Positions 1 through 13,810 are shown, numbered from the stretch's first letter. The stretch is 64,000 nucleotides of DNA from Eledone cirrhosa (GCA_964016885.1 OZ024754.1:14632001-14696000); one strand, 5' to 3'. Notes: generated by a model from the letters alone, not told the origin. Numbers and translations are program-made.

Positions 1-246
1 ATTTCAAAAATTTTGCATCTAATAACTGCATATACACATGTACAGATACAAAGCATATACACATGCACACATACAACTCAAAACATACACATCCATACAT
101 ACAATAACATCCATATCTACACATGCAGACATACATATCTACCTAGTTGATGTTGTGTAAATTCCAATGTGAGAGTCTTGTATCTATGTTAGAAACCGAC
201 TCTCTCTCTATTGGTAAAACTTTGTGAAATTATAAAACCAGAAGAA
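1..246 (+). mobile_element. 3' end (ORF terminus and 3' UTR) of R4/Dong-like non-LTR retrotransposon, followed by (CATA)n
   Basis: Closely similar to 4585-4830; both end ...GAAATTATAAAACCAGAAGAA then (CATA)n. Confidence 0.8.
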
Positions 247-260
247 CATACATACATACA

Positions 261-869
261 TGGTGGCTGCCAACTCGCTTTCGAGTACGGCCACTATTTT
301 ATATCCATGTAGGAGAACCCCTACCGATGCGCTGAACGAGTGTGACTTTTTAGTCCAGCCAGCGACTTGAAAACTCTGGTACAAACACTACACTTGTGAC
401 AATTATTGACACATAGTGCTGGGCCCATGGAATCCATGTGACGACAAATGCAGAGAGATCTCCAGATATAAAGCAATGCCTGTGCCGTGAAGCTTTTATA
501 GGGAGCAAAGGCACTGCACAAAGCCAGTCCCACTCTCTTAACCAAGATGATATTTACCAAAAAGAAGAACAAGTCAACATCATTGGATACCATCAGGGTT
601 GCAGGTGTTATATCAGAGTTTTCCTTCTCCTAGAATTCTGCCTTGACAAAGGCTGAGGGGTCATCTCTCCCGGTGATTTTGGATGGCCATTGACTCTTAA
701 GAGCTCCTTTGCCCTTTGACAGGTTTTGTTTTTAGTCCTGCAGGATGTCCAAAGTCACCCTCCTCACCAAGAAACCTTGGTGGGGTTCCCAGTTTAGTCG
801 CCAACGACCCGACCATGTGACAGGTTGTACTGGGATACATGTTACCAGTAACATCAACTGGTGACCTGA
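261..869 (-). mobile_element. Non-autonomous RTE-like element (5' UTR-like part joined to C-terminal C2H2 zinc-finger remnant)
   Basis: Minus strand encodes CSVCTRVFKSLAGLKSHTRSAH, the C2H2 type seen at RTE ORF ends; (CATA)n on both sides; second copy at 42969-43425. Confidence 0.6.
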
Positions 870-1261
870 CATACATACATAGGTACATACATACATACAT
901 ACATACATTCATGTATACTAACATACGTAATAAACTGTTTTGGTTAAGGCCACGAATCACAACTGGAATCGAACTCAAAACCTTACGATCGTGAGTAGAA
1001 CATGTTAACCACTAAGCTATTTAAAATCTATGTACGTACCTATGTACATTTATACATGATGACTGCTTCCTTTTATGAGGCCAACCGATAGGTCTCACTC
1101 TCAGAAACTTGCTGAAGAGGTGTCAAAGAGAATGTTAGGAAGTAGCTCCACAGAACACAGACTAAACAAAATCTTACTGTAGTTGATGAGACCAAGAGAA
1201 AGGTTATGGCGGAGAAGATGATGGAGAACAACCGAAATATTCTGAACCAGCTGGGAACCTC

Positions 1262-1458
1262 GATGCTGATGATGATGATGATGAGGAGGAGGGGGGGGGT
1301 GATGATGGTGGTGATGATGATGATGTTGTGATGATGATGATGATGCTGATGATGATGAAGATGATAATGCTGATGATGATGATGATGATGATGTGATGTT
1401 GATGATGATGATGGTGATGGTGATGGTGATGATGATGATGATGCTGATGATGATGTTG

Positions 1459-1507
<49 letters not shown>

Positions 1508-1705
1508 AGTGATGATGATGATGCTGATGATGATTCAGGAGGAGGAGGTGGAGGGGGAATGATGATGATGATGATGCTGATGATGATAATAACGAAGGGG
1601 GTGATAACAATGATGATGATGATGATGATGGTGATGGTGATGATGATGATGATGAGGAGGAGGAGGAGGAAGAGGAGGAGGGGTGGGGGTGGGGGATGAG
1701 GATGA
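1262..1705. repeat. (GAT)n/(GGA)n microsatellite
   Basis: Read directly. Confidence 0.95.
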
Positions 1706-2149
1706 TTTACTTTATTAATGCCTGCAACATACCCTGAGTATTTATTGGAGACACGTGCCTGGTACATACATATCTATATATACCTACTTACATCCATTAC
1801 ATACATATACACACTTACATACTATATACATACATATATACATACATATATACATATATACATATATACATACATATATACATACATACATATATACATA
1901 CATACTTACATCTATTACAGACATATATATATATACACACATCCATTACATACATGTATATATACATACAAACATTCATACGTACGTACACACTTACATA
2001 CGTAAATACATACATACGTACATATATATACACACACACATACACATGGACACATACATATATATACATAGACATATATAATACAATTATGTGGGTTATG
2101 TATGACATCCATAACTGTCCTTGTGTATTTCATTGACATCTCACTAGAG

Positions 2150-2531
2150 CAGGATTGCAGCCCTCCTCTCGTCGCAGTATGACTTCAGTCCTCCTCTCGT
2201 CGCAGTAGGACTGCAGCCCTCCTCTCGTCGCAGTAGGACTGCAGCCTTCCTCTCGACGCAGTAGGATTGTAGCCCTTCTCTCGCTGCAGTGGACTGCATC
2301 CATCCTCTCGCCGCAGTAGAATTGCAGCGCACCCCTCGGCACAGTAGGATTGCAGCCCTTCTCTCGCCGAAGTAGGACTGCAGCCCTTCTCTCGCCGAAG
2401 TAGGACTGCAGCCCTTCTCTCGCCGAAGTAGGACTGCAGCCCTCTTCTCCTCGCAGGAGGACTACAGCCCTCCTCTTTCCACAGTAGGACTGCAGCCCTC
2501 TTCTCTCTGCAGTAGGACTGCAGCCCTCCTC
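2150..2531. repeat. 28-bp minisatellite (CGCAGTAGGACTGCAGCCCTCCTCTCGT), about 13 copies
   Basis: Read directly. Confidence 0.9.
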
Positions 2532-2621
2532 TTATACAAGACTTTCTAGCATCTACTTTCTCCTCCGTTATAATAACTCCTTTTCCACACCACTGTCATT
2601 ATCCTCACGCCACAAGATACG

Positions 2622-2688
<67 letters not shown>

Positions 2689-2870
2689 CACCACTACTAC
2701 TACTACTATTGCCATCACCACATCACTATCATCATTACCTTAAATCGACCGACAACACCAACACCATCAACACTTTCCTCTCTCCAATACCATCACCACA
2801 AACTTCAACCCCACCACTGATACTACTACCACCACCACCACCACCACTACCACCACCACCACCAAACCAC

Positions 2871-2901
<31 letters not shown>

Positions 2902-2914
2902 ACCACCACCACCA
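2622..2914. repeat. (CTA)n/(CAC)n microsatellites
   Basis: Read directly. Confidence 0.9.
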
Positions 2915-2918
2915 TTAC

Positions 2919-4830
2919 CGTAAAGATGTGTTAAGTTATTCTTGGGCTACTATCCTAAAGTTGAAAACAAAGAAGGAGGACTCTGTTTTCACTGATAAAA
3001 TAGAATACCACAGGGGTATATTTCAAGGAGACAGTCTCTCTGTGATACTATTTATCCTGTCATTAAACCCCTTGTCCTTTCTGCTCAAGAAATGTGAAGG
3101 ATACATCATTGGCTCACAAGATGACAGAAATACGAACTTAACCCATAATTTCTCAAAGGATATAAGAGTTTGGCCAAGATAAATGTTCATATATTACTGT
3201 AAAGCGGGGAAAAACAACAACCCAGTCTAGCAACATTGTCCTCAATGGCCTAACTGTTTCACCGATATCTGATGAGGACTGCTACAGATACCTGGCGATA
3301 GATGAGAACTTATCCTATAATAGTATCTGTAATAAGGAACGCGTAACCAGGGAATATTACACCCGATTAAGAGAAATATGGACATCAGAACTCTCTGCGC
3401 ACAATAAAACTGGCGCACAATGTGTTTGCTGTGCTTGTCCTAACACCAACGTTTGGAATACTCGATTGGACGATAGACGAAATCCGAGCAATTGATGTTA
3501 AAATACTAAACAACACCGGAAACTTCCACATCAACAGTGACATAGACCGCCTCTACTTGAAACGTAAGCAGGGTGGCAGAGGCCTAACATCTGTCCAAAC
3601 AGCATTTGAATGTCGCATCATATCCCTTGGACAACATCTACGAACCGCGAAGCGTAGGAGTCCGTCTCTCGAGCAAGTCTATCTGCATGAGACAGATAAG
3701 ATCATGAGAGTTGGGAAGGAACTCCTTGAAATATATTCCCTGCGTGATAATCAAAAACTCACATCCAGGGAAGTTGCTCAGCAATACCGCAGTGAATCCA
3801 TGGATGAAAAACTACATACTTATCAGCAAAAAATCATGGATGGGTATGTTGCTAGGAAGCTCCAGAGTGAGAGTAATATAGATAAGGAAAGTAGTCAATC
3901 TTGGACCAACAACCGCTATATTGGCTCCCGCTTTTGCAATCCAAGAACAGGAAATCAACACAAGATGCTTGATTCACAAAAGAGATAGGGATGCAGGCAA
4001 AACACATAGATGTGACAAGTGCAGACTCTGCAGAATTAACATCGAAGATATCACCCATATGATAAGCAGCTGTCCAAAGATTTCATCGCGGTACTATCTA
4101 CCTATGAGTCATGATGTAGTGGCCAAAACACTGTACAATGCAGTTCGTAAAAAGATAGCCCCGATAATAAACACATTAAAAGCTACAGCATAATATGTAC
4201 ATTACATAATATGAAAGAGTACTGGTGGAATGTTCCAGTAAAAACCCCAATAAAATGCAGGCATAACAGCCCAAATATAATGATATGGGACAGGGAAAAG
4301 AAGGCATGCACAGTAGTGGAAGTTAGCTGCCCAGCAGATGCCAATATAATATCAAAGATTAGCGAAAAGGAGAATATTTATGCAGAACTGATGAGAAATC
4401 TGCAGATACTCCACCCTGATTACACCTTCAGATTTATGCCTGTGGTTATTGGGACACTGGGATATGTTAGTAACTGCCTCAATACAAATCTTGAGAAGCT
4501 AGGCTTCACAGGAACAGAAAGAACACAACTAGTTAGGAAACTACAAGTACAATCCATTAATGGAACAGTAAAATTATGTAAAACATTCCAAAAATTCTGC
4601 ATATATACATGTACAGATACAAAACATATGCACATGCACAGATACAACTCAAAACAATCACATCCACACATACAATAACATCCATACCTGCACACACATG
4701 CATGCATACAGACATGCATACATATCTACCAAGTTGATGTGTAAATTCCAATGAGAGAGTCTTGTAACTATGTTAGAAACCGACTCTCTCTCTATTTGCA
4801 AACACTTGTGAAATTATAAAACCAGAAGAA
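2919..4830 (+). mobile_element. 5'-truncated, frameshifted R4/Dong-like non-LTR retrotransposon (RT, CCHC knuckle, restriction-like endonuclease)
   Basis: RGIFQGDSLS RT motif; RLYLKRKQGGRGL; CRLC..EDITH.ISSC..HD.V knuckle; PNIMIWD..VVEVSCP..K...Y RLE; the catalytic xxDD segment is missing after LTHNF; several frameshifts; (CATA)n tail 4831-4862. Confidence 0.9.
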
Positions 4831-4832
4831 CA

Positions 4833-4863
<31 letters not shown>

Positions 4864-4865
4864 GT

Positions 4866-4927
<62 letters not shown>

Positions 4928-6138
4928 GCATACATTGTGTTTAGAGACAGAAGAAACTATTTGATCTTACTATTAGTCATGTGCAGCAAGAATGAGACTT
5001 GTAAATATGAATTGACATTACAGGCGCCCATATATGTCAAATTGTTTTAACTGTTTGAGCAGACACTAAAGAATTTGAAAATCTCAGTGAGACTTCGAAA
5101 AGATTTAAATTGTAGGTTCCACTTAAATCAATTCGTCAGATGAATACGAGCTCACAGAGAGGTTTTCGGCAAATAACTCAGAAGATTTCTTGAATGCATT
5201 TAACCAAGGCGTTTCAAATTTCTTTAGAATGTACAGCCAAAGGAAAAGTGTAATACCATAAGTATAAATATTGAAGTGGACAGGAGGTATGTACACGTAC
5301 ATTTGATCCGTATTGAACCGTAACTCCTGGTGGAGCCGTAGCGAGACCGTAGTGATATGAGCCGTTTTTAGAGCTTTTTGTTTTTAACTTGGCGGAACAC
5401 ATCTCCTCTCTAGATTTAAACACAGCCAATTTCTTCAAGAGAGAGGGAGAGAGAGAGTAAGATGGCTAGCAAGAGAGAGCGGGGAGGGAGACAGAAGAAG
5501 AATCTACCTCAGTACTGGTACGAATTTGAACTGAGAGCGCAGAGAGCCGCAACGAATATCGCAAAGCACTCTATCCGATGTTCTAGTGACTCTACCAATT
5601 TGCTGCCTTATGTATCTGATCTGCTAAGAAATATTTATTATATAGATCGTTCTCCAAATGTATTTTACTGTCATACTGCTAACTCTTATATACTGTTGTC
5701 TTATAATGAACACATTGCAGAATGTGATAATTTATAAACTACGTCTTGGAACATCTTTGACTATTTAAGGTATGCTGGGCTAACAACCTCAAAGTGGTGC
5801 TGTATTATGTATGGTCATATAACTCTTGATGGAATCGTAGTTAAGTACGGCATGTCTTGAGCATTCGAAACCTGGTGGAGCTCATCCCACGATTTCTTCA
5901 ATAGAAACTGAGAGAGAGAGAGATGGGAGAGAGAGAGAGGGAAAGAGAGAGAGGAGAGAGAGTGAGAGAGAGGGGAGAGAGAGAGAGAGAGAGGAACAAT
6001 CAACTCAAGTATAGGACTAGCGATATCCAAAAGATTAAAAGAAATGTTGAATGAGGCGGGATTTGAACAAATATTGAGTCATTTAATTCGACACATTAAC
6101 GACTCTCAATTCGCTGCCTTCACTAATACTAAAACAAA

Positions 6139-6309
6139 CCGTATTTCCCGGCGCCGAAGACGCTTCACCCTCGAGGATGCACCCTAATTTTGACAACCAA
6201 AAATTTGAAAAAAAAATAACAAACAACCTTCGGCCTTCAGGACGCATGGTAGATTTTTTAGACTTATTTTAGGGAAAAAAAGTAGTGGCTTCGACGCCGG
6301 GAAATACGG
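6139..6309. mobile_element. Tc1/mariner-pogo type MITE
   Basis: TIRs CCGTATTTCCCGGCGCCGAAG / CTTCGACGCCGGGAAATACGG; TA on the right flank. Confidence 0.8.
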
Positions 6310-6484
6310 TACTTAAAAAATGGTCGGACTAAGGAAATAACGCCTCCATTAGTCTTTCATTTGCCGGTGTTCTCTGCCGATTGCCATTCCTGACTGAAGA
6401 AACAACGGGAAATAAAGTATTTTGCTCAGGATCCAGGAACCGAACCGATGATTTTATAATTGTGAATCCAACAGGAGGCTACGT

Positions 6485-7965
6485 GCCTTCAAATAAATAA
6501 TTGTTTCTACTTTAGGCACAAGGCCAGCAATTACTCAGTGCATTACTGGTACTTTATTTTATCGACCCCGTAAGGATGAAAGGCAAAGTTAACCTCGGCG
6601 GGATTTGAACTCAGATCATAAAGGACCGTAACTCTTTGCTGCAAAGCATGTCGTCCGTCCCTCTACCGATACTGCCAATCCACCGCCCTATTAAATAAAT
6701 AATACAAAATATATGCCTTCAAATAAATAATTGTTTCTACTTTAGGCACAAGGCCAGCAATTACCCAGTGCATTACTGGTACTTTATTTTATCGACCACA
6801 TAAGGATGAAAGGCAAAGTCAACCTCGGCGGGATTTGAACTCAGATCGTAAAGTGACGTAACTATGCCTCCAAATAAATAATACAAAATATATGCCTTCA
6901 AATAAATAATTGTTTCTACTTTAGGCACAAGGCCAGCAAATACCCAGTACATTACTGGTACTTTATTTTATCGACCACATAAGGATGAAAGGCAAAGTCA
7001 ACCTCGGCGGGATTTGAACTCAGATCGTAAAGTGACGTAACTATGCCTCCAAATAAATAATACAAAATATATGCCTTCAAATAAATAATTGTTTCTACTT
7101 TAGGCACAAGGCCAGCAAATTACCCAGTGCATTACTGGTACTTTATTTTATCGACCACATAAGGATGAAAGGCAAAGTCAACCTCGGCGGGATTTGAACT
7201 CAGATGGTAAAGCGACGTAACTATGCCTCCAAATAAATAATACAAAATATATGCCTTCAAATAAATAATTGTTTCTACTTTAGGCACAAGGCCAGCAATC
7301 ACCCAGTGCATTACTGGTACTTTATTTTATCGACCACATAAGGATGAAAGGCAAAGTCAACCTCGGCGGGATTTGAACTCAGATCGTAAAGTGACGTAAT
7401 TATGCCTCCAAATAAATAATACAAAATATATGCCTTCAAATAAATAATTGTTTCTACTTTAGGCACAAGGCCAGCAATCACCCAGTGCATTACTGGTACT
7501 TTATTTTATCGACCACATAAGGATGAAAGGCAAAGTCAACCTCGGCGGGATTTGAACTCAGATGGTAAAGCGACGTAACTATGCCTCCAAATAAATAATA
7601 CAAAATATATGCCTTCAAATAAATAATTGTTTCTACTTTAGGCACAAGGCCAGCAATCACCCAGTGCATTACTGGTACTTTATTTTATCGACCACATAAG
7701 GATGAAAGGCAAAGTCAACCTCGGCGGGATTTGAACTCAGATCGTAAAGTGACGTAACTATGCCTCCAAATAAATAATACAAAATATATGCCTTCAAATA
7801 AATAATTGTTTCTACTTTAGGCACAAGGCCAGCAATCACCCAGTGCATTACTGGTACTTTATTTTATTGACCACATAAGGATGAAAGGCAAAGTCAACCT
7901 CGGCGGGATTTGAACTCAGATCGTAAAGGGACGTAACTATGCCTTCAAATAAATAATACAAAATA
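6485..7965 (-). repeat. Full tRNA-derived SINE followed by a tandem array of about 181-bp SINE-derived units (about 8 units in total)
   Basis: Repeated GTTTCTACTTTAGGCACAAGGCC...GGATTTGAACTCAG; B box GTTCAAATCC on minus strand. Confidence 0.9.
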
Positions 7966-8309
7966 TAATGAAAATAAATTACTTCAAGTATATAATAAAT
8001 AAATACTCTCCTAAATATAATCTGAGTTTTGTTACAGTTTCTATGAAGTCGACGAGATTATTGGTATTGTTGTTGGTTGTTGTCGTTGTTGTTGTTGTTT
8101 CTACTGAATTCAAAGCAAAAGCGTACCACTTGTAGTGTGAGATGAAGGATTGTGTGTATGAAATGTGCTGCAGACACAGGAAATGTGTGGTGGTATCTCA
8201 CAGCATGTTACTGCTCTAAATAGAGTCACCTGTAATATGTGTAGATAACTGATGAGGGGAGGTGGGGAAACATTTACGTATTTCGTACAGTGAACGACTG
8301 ATAATGATA

Positions 8310-8336
8310 GTACACTAATGATGGTAGCGATGATGA

Positions 8337-8368
<32 letters not shown>

Positions 8369-8568
8369 ATGATGATGATGGTGGTGGTGGTAGTGGTAGT
8401 GGTTGTAATGGTAGAGGTGGTGTTATGATAGTGCACTAGTGATGATGGTGATGGTGATGGTGATGATGATGATGATGATGATGATGGTGATGGTGACGGT
8501 GATGATGATGATGATGATGGTGGTGATGGTGGTGATGATGGTGATGGTGATGGTGGTGATGATGATGG

Positions 8569-8599
<31 letters not shown>

Positions 8600-8697
8600 G
8601 GTGGTGGTGATGATGGCGGTGATGATGGTGGTGATGATGGCGGTGATGGTGATGGTGATGGTGATGATGGTGATGGTGATGGTGGTGATGATGATGG

Positions 8698-8728
<31 letters not shown>

Positions 8729-10200
8729 GATGATGATGGTGATGGTGATGGTGATGATGATGATGATGGTGGTGGTGATGATAATGATGATGGTGGTGAT
8801 GATGGTGATGGTGATGGTGGTGATGGTGATGGTGATGGTGATGATGGTGATGATAATGATGATGGTGGTGATGATGGTGATGGTGATGGGGATGATGGTG
8901 ATGGTGATGATGATGGTGGTGCTAATGGCGATGATAATGATAATGATAATGTTAGTAGTTGTAATGTTACGATCGTGCACTAGTGATGATGGTGGTAGTG
9001 AGGGTGGGAGTGGTGGTGGAGTGATAGTGGTGTGATGGTGGTGGTGGTGTTGAGAATGTATTGATGGTGATCATGATGATAGGCGTGGTGTTGAAGCGAT
9101 AATAAATGTAGAGGTAGTGGTGGTGGTGGTGGTGGCAGTGTTGGTGGTAGCAGTGGTAGTAGCAAAGATAGTGGTGGTGGTGGTGGTGGTGGTAGCAGTG
9201 GTGGTGGTAGCAGTGGTAGTAGCAAAGATAGTGGTGGTGGTGGTAGCAGTGGTGGTGGTAGCAGTGGTAGTAACAAAGATAGTGGTGGTGGTAGTGGTAG
9301 CAGTGGTGGTGGTGGTGGTGGTTTTGGTGGTGGTAGCAGTGGTGGTGGTGGTGGTGGTTTTGGTGGTGGTATTGGTGTTGCTGTGATAGTGGTGGTGGTG
9401 GTGGTATTGGTGGTGGTTGTGGTGGTGGTATTGGTGGTGGTTGTGGTGGTGGTATTGGTGGTGCTGTGATTGTGGTGGTGGTGGTGGTGGTGGTATTGGT
9501 GGTGGTGGTGGTGGTGGTGGTGGTATTGGTGGTGGTTGTGGTGGTGGTATTAGTGGTGCTGTGATAGTGGTGGTGGTGGTGGTGGTATTGGTGGTGGTGG
9601 TGGTGGTGGTGGTGGTATTGGTGGTGGTTGTGGTGGTGGTATTAGTGGTGCTGTGATAGTGGTGGTGGTGGTGGTGGTATTGGTGGTGGTGGTGGTGGTG
9701 GTGGTATTGGTGGTGGTTGTGGTGGTGGTATTGGTGGTGCTGTGATAGTGGTGGTGGTGGTGGTGGTATTGGTGGTGGTGGTGGTGGTGATATCAATGAT
9801 AGTGGCAATAGTGGTGGTAGCAGTAGTGGTGGTAATAGTGACGGTGGTAGCTGTGGTAGTGGTAATAGTGTTGATTGTAGAAGTGGTGGTGGTGGCAGTG
9901 GTGGTGGTAGTGTTGTTGATGGTGGTGGTGGTGGTGGTGGTGGTGTTGATATCAATGATAGTGGCAATAGTGGTGGTAGCAGTAGTGGTGGTAATAGTGA
10001 CGGTGGTAGCTGTGGTGGTAGTAATAGTGTTGATTGTAGAAGTGGTGGTGGTGCTGGTGGTGACAGTGGTGGCAGTGGTGGTGGTAGTGTTGTTGATGGT
10101 AGAAGTGGTGGTGGTGATGTTGTCGTTGTTGGTGGCGGCGGTGGTGGTGGTCGTCGTCGTCGTGGGGGTGATGTGGAGGGCGGGGGTGGTCGTTAAGGTG
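8310..10200. repeat. Compound (GAT)n/(GGT)n trinucleotide repeat tract
   Basis: Read directly. Confidence 0.95.
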
Positions 10201-10558
10201 GGGTGGGTTTGAGGGTGGTCGTGAGGGTGGTATACATTATTCAAAATAAGAGAACAGTAATTACGGTACCTTTTTGAGGGGGAGTATTGTTTTGAACTCA
10301 TTCTCAAATCAAAATGTCTGAAATATGTTTCTCTTCTAGAGAAAGATGGGAATTAAGAATCACGTGAAGTAATTATTAAAAGCTAAAATATGGCGGATTG
10401 GTGGAATTGTTAAAGTGTCGGAAGAAATATTTTGAAGTATTTCCGACGATGACCGGAGTGATAAGAAGGAAAAGATCCTAGATAATCGAAGTTTTAAGTA
10501 TCTTTACATAAACTGTTGTAATCAAGAAAGTATTGAATTTATTATTAACATTCGTCGA

Positions 10559-11270
10559 GGGCGGTGGAGTGGCCAGTATCGGTAGAGGGTCGGACGCCGT
10601 GCTTTGACGCAGAGAGTTACGGCCCTTGCCATTCTGAGTTCAAATCCCCGCCGAGGTTAACTTTGCCTTTCATCCTTACGGGGTCGATAAAATAAAGTAC
10701 CAGTAATGCACTGGGTATTTGCTGGCCTTGTGCCAAAAGTAGAAACAATTATGGGGTCAATAAAATAAAGTACCAGTAATGCACTGGGGTAATTGCTGGA
10801 CTTGTGCCAACAGTAAAAACAATTATGAGGTCAATAAAATAAAGTACCAGTAATGCACTGGGTATTTGCTGGCCTTGTGCCAAAAGTAGAAACAATTATG
10901 GGGTCAATAAAATAAAGTACCAGTAATGCACTGGGGTAATTGCTGGACTTGTGCCAACAGTAGAAACAATTATGAGGTCAATAAAATAAAGTACCAGTAA
11001 TGCACTGGGGTAATTGCTGGACTTGTGCCAACAGTAGAAACAATTATGAGGTCAATAAAATAAAGTACCAGTAATGCACTGGGGTAATTGCTGGACTTGT
11101 GCCAACAGTAGAAACAATTATGAGGTCAATAAAATAAAGTACCAGTAATGCACTGGGGTAATTGCTGGCCTTGTGCCAAAAGTAAAAACAATTATGAGGT
11201 CAATAAAATAAAGTACCAGTAATGCACTGGGGTAATTGCTGGCCTTGTGCCAAAAGTAAAAACAATTATT
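10559..11270 (+). mobile_element. tRNA-derived SINE with its 3' tail amplified as about 60-bp tandem units
   Basis: Head GGCGGTGGAGTGGCCAGTATCGG, B box GTTCAAATCC, then about 9 copies of ATAAAATAAAGTACCAGTAATGCACTGG...TTGTGCCAA.AGTA.AAACAATTAT. Confidence 0.9.
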
Positions 11271-11480
11271 AACATTCGTAACGCTTTTGTTCTAGCCAGA
11301 GCCCTCGTTTGCTTTTAAAATGTTGGGGATAATCCAACATCTGTTGATTCTTAAAGGAGCATGTTAGCATAGCTTATGGTGCCTTTCCTAGACCCTACCA
11401 CAAGTAAAATTTTACGCTAATTAAATTTTATATATTCAAATGAAGTTCAGATATGAAAAAATAAGCTTAAAAAGAATTTT

Positions 11481-11652
11481 CAGTATCGGTAGAGGGTCGG
11501 AAGCCATGCTTTCCAGCATAGTTACGTCCCTTTACGATCTGAGTTCAAATCCCGCCGAGGTTGACTTTGCCTTTCATCTTTACGGGGTCGATAAAATAAA
11601 GTACCAGTAATGTACTGGGTAATTGCTGGCCTTGTGCCTAAAGTAGAAATTA
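11481..11652 (+). mobile_element. tRNA-derived SINE copy
   Basis: B box GTTCAAATCC and same body and tail as other copies. Confidence 0.85.
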
Positions 11653-12389
11653 TTATAACAAATAAACAAAAGATAAAACATAGACGTTTGAATAAAAAAA
11701 CCTAAAGCAAATTTATTGTCTTTTAGAACTTTCTAAATGTATCTTGCATCATTGCTGTCAATAAATAATTTAACAACTTCTTCACAATTAATCTTTTTCA
11801 AAACATCTCTATGAAGGTGGCATATTAGAATATGATTCAACCTTTGCTGAGACATGGTCGATCACAGCCAAGTTTTGAGCCTCCACACAGCGCGAAAAGA
11901 CCTTTCAGCTGAGTTGAGCTTTTTTTAATTTTTAGCAAAAGGATGTAAATATCGAACAAACAAAATTCAATACCGATTGCAACTTAGGGTCTATATATAT
12001 TCATATAAATATATGCACGTAAAAAAACATGTAAAAATATGTATTATACATATGTATGACTTGTTAGTGGGATATCCTTTATTTTTTAATTGGGAAAAAG
12101 TAGGGAGGGGACAAAAGATCGTATATTTCCCGTTCCTGAAAAAGTTGGTACTACCCTGGTACGACCCTGAAACAAGGCCCTTGGCTCTAGCAGATGTTAT
12201 ACCGACACTATACCAAAAGACCGCGCCATAGACAATGGCCAAAGATGTTTTATTTATTGTTGGCGGGTTTTCTGAGTGTATTATGTATTATTTACGTTTA
12301 GGGCATTCGATGATTACTTTGCTTTTGTCTGGCTGTGTCTGCTTTCGGAATATTGTGTGTTCGACGTTTGACGGTCCTACATGCTTCTT

Positions 12390-12465
<76 letters not shown>

Positions 12466-12469
<4 letters not shown>

Positions 12470-13218
12470 AGTATGCATGTATACGTGGTTGCCTTAACAC
12501 CGTATGGCATAAATTCAGGCTGTTCAGTTTGTTTACAAACGAACAAAGCGACGTTAGCGCCGCTAAACTGATACGTGCATATATGTATGTGTACCTGTAT
12601 GCATATGTATATATATATGTATATATATATATATATGTGCATGCTACTGTACGTCTGTATACATATATGTATGTACGTATACATGCATACTTACATTTAA
12701 GTAAGTGCCATACTAAGAGTGAGAAATGAAATTTCGTTTTCATTTTGTTTCAATTTATCGTTTTCGGTATGCCTGACCGATTTAACTCACTCAATATGCA
12801 AATTAGGCTGCTCAGCCGTTAATTTTCATAAGGAAAGTATATACTTTCGAACGTTCAACTATCTGGCAGATGGGTAAACGGTGCTGATGATAGCTAACAA
12901 GCTTGAAACTAGTACATCGTTCCTGTGTCAGTGTTGAACAAAAAGGTGACGTGGTTGCCTTAACACCGTATGGCATAAATTCAGGCTGTTCAGTTTGTTT
13001 ACAAACGAACAAAGCGACGTTAGCGCCGCTAAACTGATACGTGCATATATGTATGTGTACCTGTATGCATATGTATATATATATGTATATATATATATAT
13101 ATGTGCATGCTACCGTACGTCTGTATACATATATGTATGTACGTATACATGCATACTTACATTTAAGTAAGTGCCATACTAAGAGTGAGAAATGAAATTT
13201 CGTTTTCATTTTGTTTCA

Positions 13219-13222
<4 letters not shown>
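12466..13222 (+). mobile_element. HHR element, family I/H: about 1.6 tandem 466-nt monomers with short 5' inversion, (TA)n-flanked
   Basis: 12483 repeats at 12949 (period 466); 12466-12486 is the reverse complement of internal sequence; homologous to 31740-33053 and 44192-44712. Confidence 0.8.
12877..12921 (+). ncRNA. Minimal type I hammerhead ribozyme motif
   Basis: AACGGTG-CTGATGA-T AGCT AACA AGCT T-GAAA-CTAG-TA-CATCGTT. Confidence 0.9.
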
Positions 13223-13287
<65 letters not shown>

Positions 13288-13348
13288 AAGAAGCATGTAG
13301 GACCGTCAAACGTCGAACACACAATATTCCGAAAGCAGACACAGCCAG

Positions 13349-13395
<47 letters not shown>

Positions 13396-13397
<2 letters not shown>

Positions 13398-13638
13398 CGA
13401 ATGAAAAGTGTTAAGGTACCAGGTGGACCATAACGCACCAAAGTACTCAATACTTAGGGTAGAAGAGTGGGTAATAGGAGTAAGTAAGACCCCGACGGCT
13501 GAGCTCAAGCCGTTTCGACGGCTAATTCGATTTACGCGAAACTTGTTTTATACCATTTTTATTCCCATTTCAGGGGCAACTTCCTTTCAAATTAGCCGTC
13601 GAAACGGCTTGAGCTCAGCCGTCGGGGTCTTACTTACT

Positions 13639-13641
<3 letters not shown>
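13396..13641. mobile_element. Family A fold-back element in (TA)n, carrying a 3'-half HHR
   Basis: Inverted arms with GAAACGGCTTGAGCTCAGCCGTC-GGGGTC; related copies at 18474, 23636, 41337, 62067 and a fragment at 31342. Confidence 0.8.
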
Positions 13642-13691
<50 letters not shown>

Positions 13692-13768
13692 ATAGTCTAT
13701 ATATGTGTATGTATATTTAGGGTAGATATTGATAGTGAATAGACTGCAGCAATAAAGCTCTTATTTAC

Positions 13769-13810
<42 letters not shown>

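Noticed and set aside
700-869. HDV-like ribozyme at the RTE-like 5' end
   Set aside because: Plausible for this clade but I could not build the nested double pseudoknot by eye; needs a descriptor search
8110-10307. Mucin-like or Gly/Val/Met-rich ORFs
   Set aside because: Trinucleotide repeats open in most frames; no supportable exon structure
10559-10750. tRNA gene
   Set aside because: A/B-box-like motifs but no cloverleaf; this is the head of a high-copy SINE
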